Below, in pieces: positions 48,596-62,599 of a stretch of DNA of 64,000 nucleotides. A model generated the notes under the pieces. That model did not search any database. It was given only the letters and a program-made list of their open reading frames with translations, and had not been told where the DNA came from. The stretch covers positions 23,252,001 through 23,316,000 of the forward strand of contig NC_058383.1 of NCBI RefSeq assembly GCF_018350175.1. Direction: 5' to 3'. Each line of letters opens with the position of its first letter. Position 1 is the first letter of the stretch. Both the position numbers and the translations under genes were made by a program. The stretch comes from Felis catus. Taxonomy: Eukaryota.

Positions 48596-51500
48596 AGGAG
48601 AGAGAGAAGGAAGACTGTAAAATAAGAAAGCAAACTGAAGCAGAGCTGACACTAGAATTAAGAGCGGGACCCTACCTAGTCTATCCTGGGACTGCTTTTC
48701 TAGCAACTAATTAACTCCTCAGCCCAATCTGGTAATAGCAGCAGGGGCAGAAACCAAGTTTTCACGCCAGTGTGACGGTGATCCCAGAAGCACTGGTAGT
48801 GAGGAGCTGCAGCCACCGCAGCAACAGCAGAAACATGGCTGCCATACCTTTATGTGCCATAGACTCTTCCGGGACACCTTCCCACACAACAGCCTTCTGT
48901 GACGACTGCTACGGGCCCCATCCCACGAGGAAGGCGAGACACAGGATGATCACGGTCTTTCAACCAACCGCACAGCATCTGGAGACCATCTCTGGTTCCC
49001 TCATCAGTCTGCTGTCATTTCTGCCTACCTGTCCCCTGTCCAAGCATGCAGCCGGCCTCGCCCCATAGGCCCAGCTGTCACCTCGGGGAGGAAATTGGGA
49101 GAGGGGAGCCAGGCCAGACATGCAGGTGATGGAACTCAGAAACCTCTAAGGGGAGGGATCCCACCGCAGAGGGCTGGGCTCTCCCGGGCTGGTTCCCAAG
49201 AGGGGCTCAGGCTGGAGGCAAGGAGGACACAGACTCTGCCTCCTGGTCTCCATGGCTGTATCACTCCGCCTTCAGGCACTGTTTGACTCCTCCTGGCTTA
49301 TCTCCACAGAAAGAAGGCTCTCTCCTTTGCATTGAGAGTGAAGTTGGATTTTTCCCCTGTCTCTCTATATGGAGGCCTCGAGACCCAGGAAGTTGTCCCG
49401 AGGAGCTTAACTGTGGGCAGATTATAATGCGATCCATGGCCTGTAACTCTGCCACTCTGAACTCCGCCTTTGGAAAACATGGTCCGCCACTCTGGGTGCA
49501 AGGCTCTTTGGCCATGTCTACCCAGGGGTCACTGGCTCCATAGTGGCAAGCTATGCAGAGCAGTGGTTAAAGCACTTAGCTGGCAATGCGCAGGCACACA
49601 CACAGCCACACACACACGAGCATGTGTGTCTCCATGGGCTACTACATGCCGGTGACTTCTGGCTCATCAGCCTGCTTTGTGACCCCATTTCAGACTTTTG
49701 GGGGGCTGCAGTTTTCACATGTGTGAAATGACAAGGGCAACAGGCAGAAAGAGGAGCATCATATATCACCTGCTGTCCTAACTCCCAGAATGCAGGAATA
49801 AAGTGAGAACGTGGATTTTAAAAGGGATCCCAGGAATCCTGGACATTTCTGCAATTGATGCATAACTCTTGAGCGATGATAAAGGATAAAGCACTTTCAG
49901 AGAAACGTTCTGGAAAGTATGCAAACAGCATCCAAATGGGACGGCATCACCTTACGTAGAAATGGCAATCCACAACCAAACCCTGGACTCCCAGGGTGTG
50001 GGTCTGCAAAGGACAGATGCACAAACCACAGAGCCCTTTCCTGAGCTGTAGGCTCCCAGCCCTGCCCTAGGGGTGTAGTGGGAATAGGGCAGACCTCCAG
50101 GCTAACCTTTCCCAGAAATACAAAGGGTGAAAGGGAGGGTAACTCAGACCCTGGGAAGCCGGGTGGAGGAGAGAGAGAAGTAGAGCTGTCAGTGTGCTTG
50201 ATGTTAAATAAAACCTACCAAGGCTCAGTTGAGAATTTTAGCAGAATCCAAATGTGCTATAAAAAAAAAAAAAAAAGGCACGGCTCCCATCTCTAAGGTT
50301 CACAGCTAAGCTGGCTTAGAATCACACATGCCAAGGTTAAAAATAAAAGGCAGCCATCCCTGAATGACACGGGCTCTGGGAAGGAAGCCGGAGGTAAGTT
50401 GCTTGCCCACGGGCCAGGGAGAGGGGAGTGTAAACACTGGGTGCAGGGTTATCACTGTTTACTGGAGGACACAATATCTAAAAGCCAGATGCTCAGAATT
50501 TTGCTATTTTGCACTTAAAAGGCACTTCGCACTGGCCAAGGGTTTCGTAATGATGTTCAGATTTTCCATCGAGGAAACGCTGCTGGGCATGAGTGTGTGG
50601 CCATGGCTGACCCACACAGGGCTCTGCTGCTCCTTGAATTTGCCTCCCTCGCCCTGAGGTCTGGCTCTGACGCTGTCCTTGTACACCGCAAACACCCAAA
50701 TGGGATGCCTGTGGGTCACAGTTTGGAAAGCACCAGACCTCCCATACTGTGTTGCCCTATTCCATTAAGCCAACATAATGGTGCCAGGGGTCACCAACAG
50801 GCCAGGTATCCCCTGCTGGGCTCCACTGGAGTCACAGTGTGTGTCTGCCTCCTAAGGGGGGTGTGTGTCCCATCCCCTGCCCCCACAACCACGACCACGG
50901 CAGGCCAGGGCTATCGGCCCTGTTGCCCCCTTGCAAATCCAGAGCCCCTCAGTATGAGCCTAGTTGGCTCCCCTAACAAAGTTTTCATTTGTCCAGGATG
51001 CTTATGGCTGCTACTTCCTAAAGGGTTTACTTTTAGAAACATTTGCTAAAAATTAGCTCTAGTTCCTGTAACAGCTACCATGTTATTCCTCCCCAATTCC
51101 AATACTATGCAGACATTTCTAGAAGGTCTTCAAGGGTCAGATGAATGATGGGAATTCTGTGATCCATGTGTTGCGGGGAACCCGAACCTGACACCACTCC
51201 CAGGGATGCCCTGACTCGGCCCACATTTGGGCCAGTCCTACACCTCAGCACCATTCAGGGATTGGGAGGCAGACGGGCACTGAACAGTAGAGGCTGTCAC
51301 CTTCCAGAAGCTTCAGGCTATCCCCAGACATCACCAACCTAGATGACTCTCAGCCCTGCCAGTGTACTGGAGCAGACAGTCTATGACTGGCTGTCCCTAG
51401 GACCCTGGCCAGCCCTTATCTGAGGTGCCCACCAGTATCCCAAATTCCACATCCTGGCTGTGGGTTTAGAAGCACCACCCAGCGCAGGTGTCTTTTTTAC

Positions 51501-52264
51501 ACTTTGAAGGTACTTTAGAAAGGCCTTAGGAGGCACACCAGGACGAGGCTGTTTTCCTGACCACTGGGATGGATGAAAAAATCGAGGCTCAAAGCATTTC
51601 AGGAATTTGCTCAAGCTAAGTGACAGAGCATGACTCAAATCCAGAGTTCCTTTCCACTACCCTAAGGCCACTCATTCAGAGTCAGAGCGACCGGGGTGTG
51701 GTGGGCGCAGGGTGGGGGGGGTCTCAGTCCGGGTAAAAAATGACCCTCCAGAAGGGACCCCCCTCACCTCATCCCCACTCATCAGGGGATGCCCTCTCCG
51801 TGTGCCTGAACTACCGGGGACCTCATCCAAGCGCAGAGCCCTGCCGCAAGGGGGCCCTATTCTGACTTTCCCTTCTCAGGGTCCTTCAGACGCCGGGAAA
51901 GATGAACGAAGGTCAGGAGAGGGCCTTGTTCTGAAGCGGCACGTGTCCCGGCCCGCCCCTTCCCCGGGCATCCCCGCTCCACCCCAAAGGCTGGACACGG
52001 AGCTAGCCCACCAGCTCGCCCTGAGGTTTGGCTAGACATCCCCCTTCCCTTCCGGCGACTCCAGAAACAACCACCCTTTGCAGTTCGACAAAGCGCGTGC
52101 CCGTCTACACCATCCCCGGGAAGTTCTTGGTGAATCCTGCTAGAGTCCCCCCACGTGTCAGCTTGAACCACACAACGAGCCGGATTAGAGGGAGAGGAGA
52201 CGCCGGAGATGGCCCTAAGGATGGACCCGACTGGGGCCCCGGCGCGCGGAACGGGGCGCCCCCT

Positions 52265-52785
<521 letters not shown>

Positions 52786-52789
<4 letters not shown>

Positions 52790-52929
52790 GGTTTCCGGGG
52801 GGCGCCGGCGGCGGAGCTGTCGTGGCCCTGCGGCCGCCTAGAGGGCTGGCGCCGCGCTGCCCGGGCCCCGCGGGTCGGGCGTGGGGGGCGCCGTCTTCTC
52901 CGGGCACTGCCGGCCGGGGCGCGCACCAT
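52786..52929 (-). other. Upstream ORF1 in the HS3ST2 5' leader (47 aa, MVRAPAGSARRRRRPP...GAPRKP*)
   Basis: ATG at 52929 in gggcATGG context, same frame as the main CDS, TGA at 52788-52786. Depends on the inferred TSS. Confidence 0.55.
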
Positions 52930-53212
52930 GCCCGGGGATCCCGGGGACGGCGGCTCCTCGGGGGACAGGCGGCTGCGCGTCCCACATCTCCCCGTCCCGG
53001 ACCACGGGGCTCCGGGCGGCGCTCCTCGGCTTTCACGTGCGCCGGCTTCGGAGCGCGCCCAGTGCCCGAAGCCCCATTCCTGGTCCCCGGAGCGCGGCGC
53101 CCCACGCTCGGCGGCGGCGCGGCCGCGCGGGCTGGCGGGCGGACCGGACGGTGGCGCTGGCGCGGGCCCCGCTCCGGCTCCTCGAGAAATGCCGAGCCGC
53201 GCGCGCTGCCGG

Positions 53213-53292
53213 CTCTATTTAAGGAGTCGCCTGACGTCAGCCGCGCGGGTCCCCCGAGCTCGCGCCCCGCCCTGGGACCTGGCCCGCCCCCT
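53213..53292 (-). promoter_or_regulatory. HS3ST2 core promoter: TATA-like TTAAATA (53222-53216), full CRE TGACGTCA (53232-53239), GC boxes (53265-53272, 53284-53289)
   Basis: A short AT patch in GC-rich sequence, directly followed upstream by the palindrome CTGACGTCAG and Sp1-type CCGCCC boxes. Implies a TSS near 53185-53195. Confidence 0.75.
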
Positions 53293-54829
53293 GCGCCCCA
53301 CTCTCCTGCCCCTCCCAGGTACGCGCCACCCGGGCCCTCCCGGTTCAGGCCGCTCCCTGGGCAGCCCTGGCCGGCTTGGGGTGGCGAGGCATTTACTCCT
53401 CCAGGAGGCCGGACGCCCCCAGCACCCCCAGGGGTGGGAACCCCGGCCCAGGTTGCGCCAACATCCAGCCTCAGACCCCGGCGCAGACGCAAGCACTCTA
53501 CACGGATGCACGGTCCCACCACACTGACACACACACGCACGCACGCACATACACAGGTACACACGTACCCTGACCAGGACACACCCCCTCACCCCACAAG
53601 GGCGTGGAAACACCAACACGGACCCTCCCCTGTCCCCCTCACCCCCGTCTCACCAGACACACACAGCCCGGAATCAGACATCGTGCCGTGTGCGCACACA
53701 CGCGCGGGACTGGGACACACGCTCTAGACGGGGATGGGTGGAGAAGCAGGGCGTGAGTGAGATTCCGTGACTATTCGCGGAGCTCCTTGGCCCCCCGCGC
53801 GCTGACTCATATCCAGGCGGCTCGCTCTGTCTCACACCCATGAAGCATGCGCCCCCACCCCACTGTCACTCCACAGCTCCCGGGACGCGGCAGGCGAGGG
53901 AACCCCAAAGGAGCGGACTCCGCGCGGGGCCGGTTCCTCTCTTAGCGGCCGCCCCCTAGCGGCGAACTGCTCCCCGGGGAGCTGTTGGGGGTCCCACAGC
54001 GTCCCTGAGGTCCAGGATGCGGTGGACTTCATGCCGTGGCATGAGGAGGAAACGCAAGGGAGGACTTTTCCAGGAGCATTTCCTCTTCGAATGATTTCCT
54101 GGCAATTGCCCGCAGGACAGTTTTCAGCGACCATGCGCAGAACAGGCATGGGTGACCAACCCTAGTGCTGCCCTGAGTGACCACACTAGTGGATCAGAAC
54201 CGTACATCAGAACAGACCTAAATCACCGTGGCCAAGAACGCTAAGTTGTCACCCCACAGGAATGCCAAATCACTGTGCCCAGGTGTTCACCAAGTGCTAC
54301 CCACACACCATTCACTGAGCGACCACCATCGCCTCCACTGCCTGCCCCCCACAAACTAAACATCCTTCTTCAGAGAATAATCTAATCGGGTTCTGTGGAC
54401 TTTAGCCCTAGCCAGGGAATATTTTGTCCCCAAACGGGCCTATCCCTAGAAACCTTAGGCCAGTCCCTCTACTACAGACCATAACTACCAACTTTGTTTC
54501 GAGCCCTCCCAGGGTTAACTCCTTTAATATGGACCACAACCCGATGAGTTTGTTACCATTATCCCCACATCACCTCACTTCCTTAATTCTAATAGTAGCT
54601 AACATTTACTGAGTGCTTGTTTGGTGCCAGTAATGTGCATATCAGTTGACATGCACTACCTCCCTTGTCTTTGGAGATAGATACTATTATAATTCCTAAT
54701 TTACAGACTGAGAGTAAGGTTTAAGGAACACACAATCAGTAATCAACAGGGCCCGGGGGGGGGGGGGGGTAAATTGACTCAGGATTTGGGCTCTTAATGA
54801 CAGTGCTTTGCAATTCCCTATCTTCCTTT

Positions 54830-55700
54830 GATCATTCCTCCCAGAATTCCATCCCAGGCTCCTCTCCCAGCTGTGAACTAACATGTCTATATTACTTCTA
54901 AAGCCTGACACCTGGGACCAAATGAGGACTTCCAGCTGTAGGTTGAAAAGTTCACTGAGATGCTCACCTCCCTTCTGTAAACTGTCTCTAGTAATGCCAC
55001 CTGTGACTCCATTATCTTTTTCTTGTAGCTCTATCACACTGCTGACATCTCAAGCTCGCAGCTGAGTAACATCTCTAAGTGTTTCTTACAAGTGCTGCTG
55101 ATTAAGGCATATCTACCCCATACTGTGCTTGTACAGTGGGCTTTTTTGGACCCAACATGTTAGGTCCTTACACATCTGACCTGATTAAATTTTATCTTGT
55201 CTCATCAGCTCACTGCTCTAGTTTTTAACAAATGTCTAGTTGAATCTTGAATCACAATGCAGCTTTCATTTATTCAAAAAGAACGCGTAGAAAAGTTGAA
55301 TTCTGGCAGCCTTACTCTTCGGCAAATGGGTTGATCTTTCTGAGCCTCAGTTTTCTCAGCTGTAAGATGGGGAGGCAGGATTAACTATGAAAACCTTGGT
55401 TTTCTGATGTTGTGTAGTTCTTTGGCTCCCTTATTCAAGGTATGAACCACTCTGTTGGCATTATGTCATCTCCGTGTTTGATTGCAATTTAATTAATTCT
55501 TCACTCAGGTCTTTAATAATAATATCAAAACAAATATGTTGGAAGTAGCTCTAATATAGACCTTCAAAAGGTTTTCACATTGTGAACCTGTTATTTATTT
55601 CTTGCACCTTATTGTTAAAATCACAAGGTTAAACGTAGATTAATCCACTCTGACAAGAACTTTTTCTTAGGAAAAAAAATGAATGTAGTTACTTCTCATA
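54830..55700 (-). mobile_element. L3/CR1 LINE relic (RT region), interrupted by a MIR (~55280-55390)
   Basis: ctgtgcttgtacagtgggcttttttggacccaa...ttaaattttatcttg and tgtcatctcc...tcttcactcaggtctttaataataatat resemble antisense CR1 RT sequence. Confidence 0.6.
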
Positions 55701-57544
55701 ATTCTCTACTTGGCTCAATTTAAAAATTATTTTTATCTTTGAATTCATAAGCTGTGAAATGCCTGGGTATTCCAACCCATCAGAGCCAGGCAAATTTGCC
55801 TCTTCAAATTTCCAACCACAGTAGTGACCGTGATTTGCATAGAATTTTTCAGGAGTGAGACAGCAGATGTGCCTGCTCATCACCCCCCACCCCTATCTTT
55901 TTTCCAGAAGTACTGTGATTCTTTTTTAAGGGCATGGCGGCGGGGGGGGGGGGGGGGGGAGGGCAGGTACGCACAGACTAGGATTGGAATCTTTCAAAAT
56001 CTGACACAGTCCTAAGATCCGGCTACTTTTCCCCATCTTGTCTGTTCCTCTTTGGACCTTGTTTATTTTCTTCACTTTTAACTGCCTTTTTACTCCCTTT
56101 TATTTATAAACCAGGAAGGGCTACTGAGTCGCAAGCAACAGAAGCTGACTGTGGCTAATATAAGCAAGAAGAGGGATTTGGAACGGCAGTGGTGGTGGGG
56201 GGGGGGGCGTGGACTGGGTGCATAAACAGAATAGCAACAGAATGAACCTCAGGTCGGACATCCTTCTCTTCCTGTCCTGAGTCTTCGTTTGCTCTTTTGC
56301 ATCTGAATTCTCTTGAATCTTCCTTCCCACCCTTACACCCTACATTTAAGACCTTGAATTGGAAATTAACAAAACAAGGAAATTTTCTTTCCCTTAAGTC
56401 TTTGGACCCAATCAAGCCTTAGTATTCAGTTTTATTTCAGTGTAAGTTTCCTTCCCCCCTCCCCCCCAGGGCTGAGTTTTGTGAAATGTGAGAAAATGTT
56501 CCAAAGAGGGTGGTTCCTAAGAGGGAGAGGACTGTGAAATGGACTCACGAGGTCTGCAGGCTGTGTGAGGGGCAGAGTTCACATCTGAGCAGGAGGGTGT
56601 GCATGAACGCTCTCCATTTAGGAATGGATTGAAAGTGAGGATAAAGAGAAGGTTTTCTACGTGCCCCATCCTCTAGCTAGAGTCAGAGGGCGGAAGTTCA
56701 AGGGGCCAGATGCTGCCTATAGAAGGGAACCAATCTGGAAGGCCAGCAGTCGCGGTTGATTGCAAGTACTGCTTTGTAAGATTCCAAATCTTTTGTCATC
56801 TCCATGTTGGTTTACTTCTGCTGTTGGCAATAATAATCATCGTAATAATGTGCACCACGTATTGAGCGTTTATTCAGCACCAGGCACTGGGCTAAGCATT
56901 TGGATACAGTACCTAATTTAACCCTTGCAATAACCTGGTAAGATAGGGATTACTACTATCCCTACAGAAACCATCTCAAGGAGGTTTTCCGTGTTCTCCC
57001 AGATGACACAGGCTGGAGAAGGAGGAAACCAGTGCAAAAAAGCACGATGGGCTGGCTAATGATCAGCTTCAGCCACAACCCTCCCTTGGGTCAGAACTGT
57101 TACCTGCCCCCACCTCCCATCCTGCCTTGCGTAACCCACACAATCTTCCGCTCACCTCATCTTACCATCTTGCCTTCCTAATGCAACTGTCCCTTGGGGC
57201 AGGGACTCAACAGCTGGTTACAAATCAGCATGGTACTGAGAATCTGGCCTGCATATTCATGTTGGGACCCCCTTGGATTCTTGATCTCCTTTCTCCTCCT
57301 TGATGGACCACGGACCAATACGTATTACCCTGTTAGGGCTTCCAAGAAAGAAACTTATATTTCACTTCAAAATTTATCCACAGTGGGTTGTATGGACTAT
57401 TGGGGGAGATACTAACCTGTTCACTTATGCAGTAATGGGGTATGGCTGACCTGGAATACCTGGGTTATACTCCCTCTCATCTCCTTGTCTTTAACCAAAT
57501 GGAAGCAGATGAGAATATCACCATTGTGGCCCCCAATGTACCCA

Positions 57545-57749
57545 TTTTTTAAAAATGTTTATTTACTTTTGAGAGAGAGAGAGAGAGAGACGCACAAGCG
57601 GGGAAGGGGCAGAGAGAGGAGACACAGAATCTGAAGGAGGCTCTGAGCTGTCAGCAGAGCCTGACGCAGGGCTTGAACTCATGGACCATGAGATCATGGC
57701 CCCTAAGCTGAAGTCAGACACTCAACCGACTGAGCCACCCAGGTGCCCC
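57545..57749 (-). mobile_element. Can-SINE (SINEC)
   Basis: TSD-like ccaatgtacccattt / ccaatgtatcaattt. Confidence 0.92.
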
Positions 57750-58087
57750 CCAATGTATCAATTTCTGAAATATAGATCTTAGTGGTATAGGAAGAGTACC
57801 TAGCTACAGAAAACAACTTAGGGAGATACAATTGTTGGCTTGTATTGAGTTTTGTGTTTCCTTTCAACATTATTATTATAGATTATATTATCCTGGATGT
57901 AGAAACAAATGAAAATACTGAGAAGCAAAAAAAAAAAAAAAAGGTCCCCCAAATCATGATACTTAGAAGTAACTATCAAATGCTTTTTTACATCCTTCCT
58001 ATTAAAAATGTATCTGTTTGTTTATGGGTCAGCCCATATCTACTGTTTTATAAAATGCTTTTTTACTTGACAATATTATGAATCTAT

Positions 58088-58597
58088 TTAAAAAAAATTT
58101 TTTTTAAGGTTTATTTTTGAGAGAGGGAGAGACAGAGTGAAAGCTGGGGAGAGGCAGAGAGAGAGGGGGACACAGAATCTGAAGCAGGCTCCAGGCTCCG
58201 AGCTGTCAGCGCAGAGCCCAACATGGGGCTCGAACTCACGAACCGTGAGATCATGACATGAGCTGAAGCAGGACGCTCAACTGAATGAGCCACCCAGGCG
58301 TCCCTTGTGAATCTGTTTTATATCATTAAACACAGACCTATGAAGGTCTAGTACTTTCAGAAAGAGAAAATAGTAGGGCACCTGGGTGGCTCAGTCAGTT
58401 AAGCATTTGACTCTTGTTTTCGGCTCAGGTCATGGTCTCAGTGTTCATGGGTTCGAGCCCCACATCAGGCTGTATGCTGCTGGTGTGGAGCCTGCTTGGG
58501 ATTCTCTCTCTCTCCCTCTCTGTCCGCATCTCCCCTGCTCACACTTATTCTCTCTCTCTTTCTCCCTTTCTCAAAATAATAAAAATAAACTTAAAAA
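58088..58597. mobile_element. Two SINECs head-to-head (- 58088-58304; + 58375-58597)
   Basis: Both are full bodies, about 70 bp apart. Confidence 0.92.
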
Positions 58598-59329
58598 AGA
58601 GAAAATAGCTTTCTCTCTTTCTAAGAATGGTGTAAATTTGCAGCTACTGTGAATGGAGAGAACCTAACACACATGTGAACTAGTTCAGCATGTAAGTAAG
58701 CAGAGTGAAAGGGAAAGACTGAGTCCCGGTAATAGTGCTTGACTCCCTAGATCCAGCTTTGCCTGAAGCTGTCTCTTCAAGAGATAGTAAAGCATAGTGG
58801 TTAGGAGTTCAGTGACTGGAAGCAGGCTGCCTGAGTTCAAATTCTGGCTCTGCTAGTATGACTAAAAAAAGATTATAGATGTAATGCACTTAGAATAGAA
58901 CCTGGCTAACAGCCCTCAGTAAACATCAGCCATTATTATACTGCAAACTTTTCAATTACATGCATCCATAAATTCTTTTTTGCTTACTTATTTTGATTGA
59001 TAGGAGTATGTACTTTTCAACTAGATCTGCATCTTTCAACCTACTTGAAAATTTTATTGACAGTACAATAAAGTCAACCTCTGTTCTCAGCAATCCCCTA
59101 ACACTCCTGCTTTGGATCCTGAGCTTATCTACCTGATACTTTAGATGCTTCTAGGAAAGTAACCACCTATCCACCCTGGATCTAGTTCATGGCAAGTGTT
59201 CAGTAAATGAATATTAAATAAATAGGTAACCACCCCCGAAGACCCCTCTGCCTGGAGGACAACAATCTTAGCATGAAGATAGAGCATAACGTACCTTAAA
59301 AGACTGAATTTTCTGTTCATTGATCACCC

Positions 59330-60810
59330 CCTTCATGCCCTCTCTGCACAGATAAACATGATACGTAGTCACTTTGCACTTACACTGTCAACTCCCTTGA
59401 CCTTCTCTCACTGCTGTATTTTCTGGTTAAAGTCGACTTTCTTCCCACTCAGTGCCCGGTGCCTGCACCCACACAGCTGAGCACAGCAAACGCACAAGCA
59501 TGGTGACTAATCTCACTTAGAATTCATCATTCCGGATCTCAAGTGGACCCTTCACATTTCCTGGCAATCATGCTCCATTTCCCGCGTCCATTCATTCTTC
59601 ACTCTCCTATGTAACAATTTGGTTCCTTCTCTCCTCTTCTTGAACCTCAGACATCTCCTCCCCATCCTGATCAAGCCTCGCTTCCTCTGTACTTCATGGG
59701 TAAATAGAAGCAACTGGAAGAGAACTCTTACCATCACCTCTACCCACCTGCCTGTAGCTATGTTCACATGCTTTATTTTCTCTCTTGTTAATGTTCATGG
59801 TCTATGTTTTTCTTGATAAGGCCAGCCCCTCCATTTGTGTACTATATCTCGCCCACTCAAGGACATGGCCCCAGCAAGCCTTCCCTTTTCCTCCCCCATG
59901 ATCAGTGTCCCCTCTCCACTGGGTCCTTCTCATCATCATATCAATGAATTGATATCTCTTCCATCTTAGAAAAGAGAAAAGCAATACTGTCTTGACCTCA
60001 CTTCTCAGCCCGACTGGCACACCATCCCTGTCGATAGCTCAGCTCCTCAAGAGTGCTCTACTCCCTGGTTCCCAAATCTTTCCACCCACTCACCATTGAG
60101 CCCATCCCAGTCAGGCTTATGCTTCCTCCTCTCCTCTGAAACAGTTATTCTTGAGGTCACTAGTGACATCCATAGTGCGAAACTCAAGACACCTCTTCAT
60201 CTTAGTGGGACCTGGCCCATGCACAGCATGTGACACAGCGGATGCCCTTTGCTTCCTGAAACTTTGTTCACCAGGATTTGAAGGTGTTGCATTTTTCTGG
60301 TGTTTTTCTCACTTTTCTGCTTCTCTTAAGCTTCCTTTGATGGCTTCTTTTTACCTCCAGGACCGCTCACTTGGGACTATCCCAGAGATTGGTCCTTGAA
60401 CATCATCTCTTTCCTGTGAACACTCCCTCCCTTAGCAACACCTTGGGTCTCCTGGTGTCTACACCCCTTGTATAGGGGTGTAGCAAACGCATTTTGCTGC
60501 ATCTCAAATTCATAGCTCCTTCCCCCGGAGTGTCTGCCGATGGGTCTCCAACCAAATGTGTCCCAAACTGAACTCTTCCTAGTTCCCTAAAACCTGCTTT
60601 CACCATAATTTTGGTCATCCAAGTAAATGGCAATTCTCCTGTTCCATTTGCTCAAGCCAAGAATAACCCAGAGTTAGCCTTGACCTCTCTTTCTCGCATC
60701 CCCCGCATCTGATCTGTGAGCAAATCCTTGTTGTTTCCCTGCTCAAAATGCATACTGAACTTGACTGCCTCTCACCACCTCCACAGCTGTCATCCTAGCT
60801 CTGGCTTCTA
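59330..60810 (+). mobile_element. L2 ORF2 relic
   Basis: Pyrimidine-rich L2 phrases gtcactagtgac, tgacacagcggat...ttcctgaaac, tgtcccaaactgaactc. Confidence 0.7.
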
Positions 60811-60814
60811 ACGT

Positions 60815-61242
60815 GTTCGTGAAGCGTGGAGGTTGAAGTGGGCACCCCTGTGGCCTCGGCAGCACAGATCTCCCAGGTGTAGCAGACCCTCCACCTCATG
60901 GACACCTTTGGGGCCTGGAGGATCCTGCAGTATTAGTGGGAGTGTGACCTCCTGGCTTGTTGCCAGGTGGGTGTGGCTGTGGTCCCTGGGGCAGCAGTGA
61001 CAGTCACAGGTCCTCCAGAACCCACAGTGATGGAGCAGTCACGGGCTCTGCTAACATTTTCCCTTTTGCTCCCACAGCCTGGGGCTGGCTCCTGCAGTTA
61101 CTAATTTCTGAGTAACCCCACCCTCCCCTTCTTGCTCCATCCACCCTTCTGTCACTTTTAGAACCAATCTCCCATGTTGAATAATTTCTGTCTGAAATAC
61201 CTAGGATGTTTCTGTTTTCCCGATGAGACACTGATCAATACA
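60815..61242 (+). mobile_element. ERVL solo LTR (LTR33/LTR16-like) inserted in the L2
   Basis: 3' end tgaaatacctaggatgtttctgttttcccga...ctgatcaataca. Confidence 0.65.
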
Positions 61243-62437
61243 GTCTCCACCTGGCCTTCCTAAAACATTCTCAACAGTGAGGGTCACCCTTCTGTTTAAA
61301 GCTGTCTGTGGCTTCTCAGCTCATTCAGACGGTGGACCCACCCCAGGGGCTAAAGAATTGTCAAGATGGTAAGAATTGTTTGGAGACAATAAGCCTGAAA
61401 GAAAACTGCCAACTACCCAGACCATTCCCCTCCCTCCTGCCCCCCTCGCCCCACTATTCTCCAGCAACAAGGAATCTCATTTTGGCCTCATTCCAAAACG
61501 AGAACTAATCGGAGGACTCTGGCAGGGGACCCAGGAATAAATACCCCATAAGTGGGTGGCTTTAACTTCTCCCCTTGGTTCATACCAGCACACCTCTCTT
61601 CTCTACTCCATTTGAGATCTCCCTGCCTGGAGCTCATCTTAGTCAAGCTTTCTATAAAACAAGTGACTGCAGGGTGGACAGTACGGGTTCGCAGTGGTAT
61701 GCCTGGCAAGTGGTACCCAGGGGCCGGCTGCTCAGCCCCTGCACCTGTCCCCTGCCCTCTGAGGCCCCCGATGCCTCCAAGTACTGAGCTGTTGACAATT
61801 CCCTCTGGCAGTTGTTCCTCTCTTCAGTTCAACTTTCTCAGCTCTGCTGTGTCAAGCAGTGCTTCTGGTTTTTTCTTGTCATTTCTCATTAGCTGTTGTG
61901 TCCTCTTACTTTCTTTGTCCTTGAGGATTAACACCTGTATTTCATTCCCTCAGACGCCATGGTATACAATCTGTGTGACGGGGCGTTCTGAAAGAACCTT
62001 GAACTTCTCCAACACAAAGCACTCAGGTGGTGGCTCTCAAGCTAATCTCTATGTGCCAACGAGTCTGCTCTTCCAGGTTTGAGCCCTCAGCTCTGACAGC
62101 TCTCAAATATGGACACTGCAGGCAGCAAGCAGCAGGCAAGTAAACAGTTGGAGAAGGTCAGCTGGTGGGTAGGTGGAAAACCTAATTAATTTGTACCATT
62201 CAAGTAGTACAGGAATCACCCCTTTTGTAGGAACGTACAAGGGTGCGGCCAAGATAAGAGGCCCTTTGGCCACCCCCCAGCAATTTTTCTCCTCTCCCCC
62301 AAAGTTCCTAATGTTAGCATAGTTTGTGAGGTACACTTTCGGTCTTTCTTCTGTGCTTTCATGAAAACTAGGAAAACCCAGCAGAGTTTAATAGGGGTTT
62401 GGAGTGGAGAGGGCATGTACGATGAAGACATTCTGCA

Positions 62438-62469
<32 letters not shown>

Positions 62470-62599
62470 TTCCCCACTCAACATGGAAATGCCTGTAGAT
62501 TTAACTCGGTCCCTGCCAAGTATTTCATCAAATACGTGATGTCTCAGCTTATTTACGATTTATATTGTTTATATATCATGGTTGATTTAGCCATTTCCC

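Noticed and set aside
48338..48714. ORFs with RKEG/PSFL repeats
   Set aside because: Translations of the (GGAA)n microsatellite.
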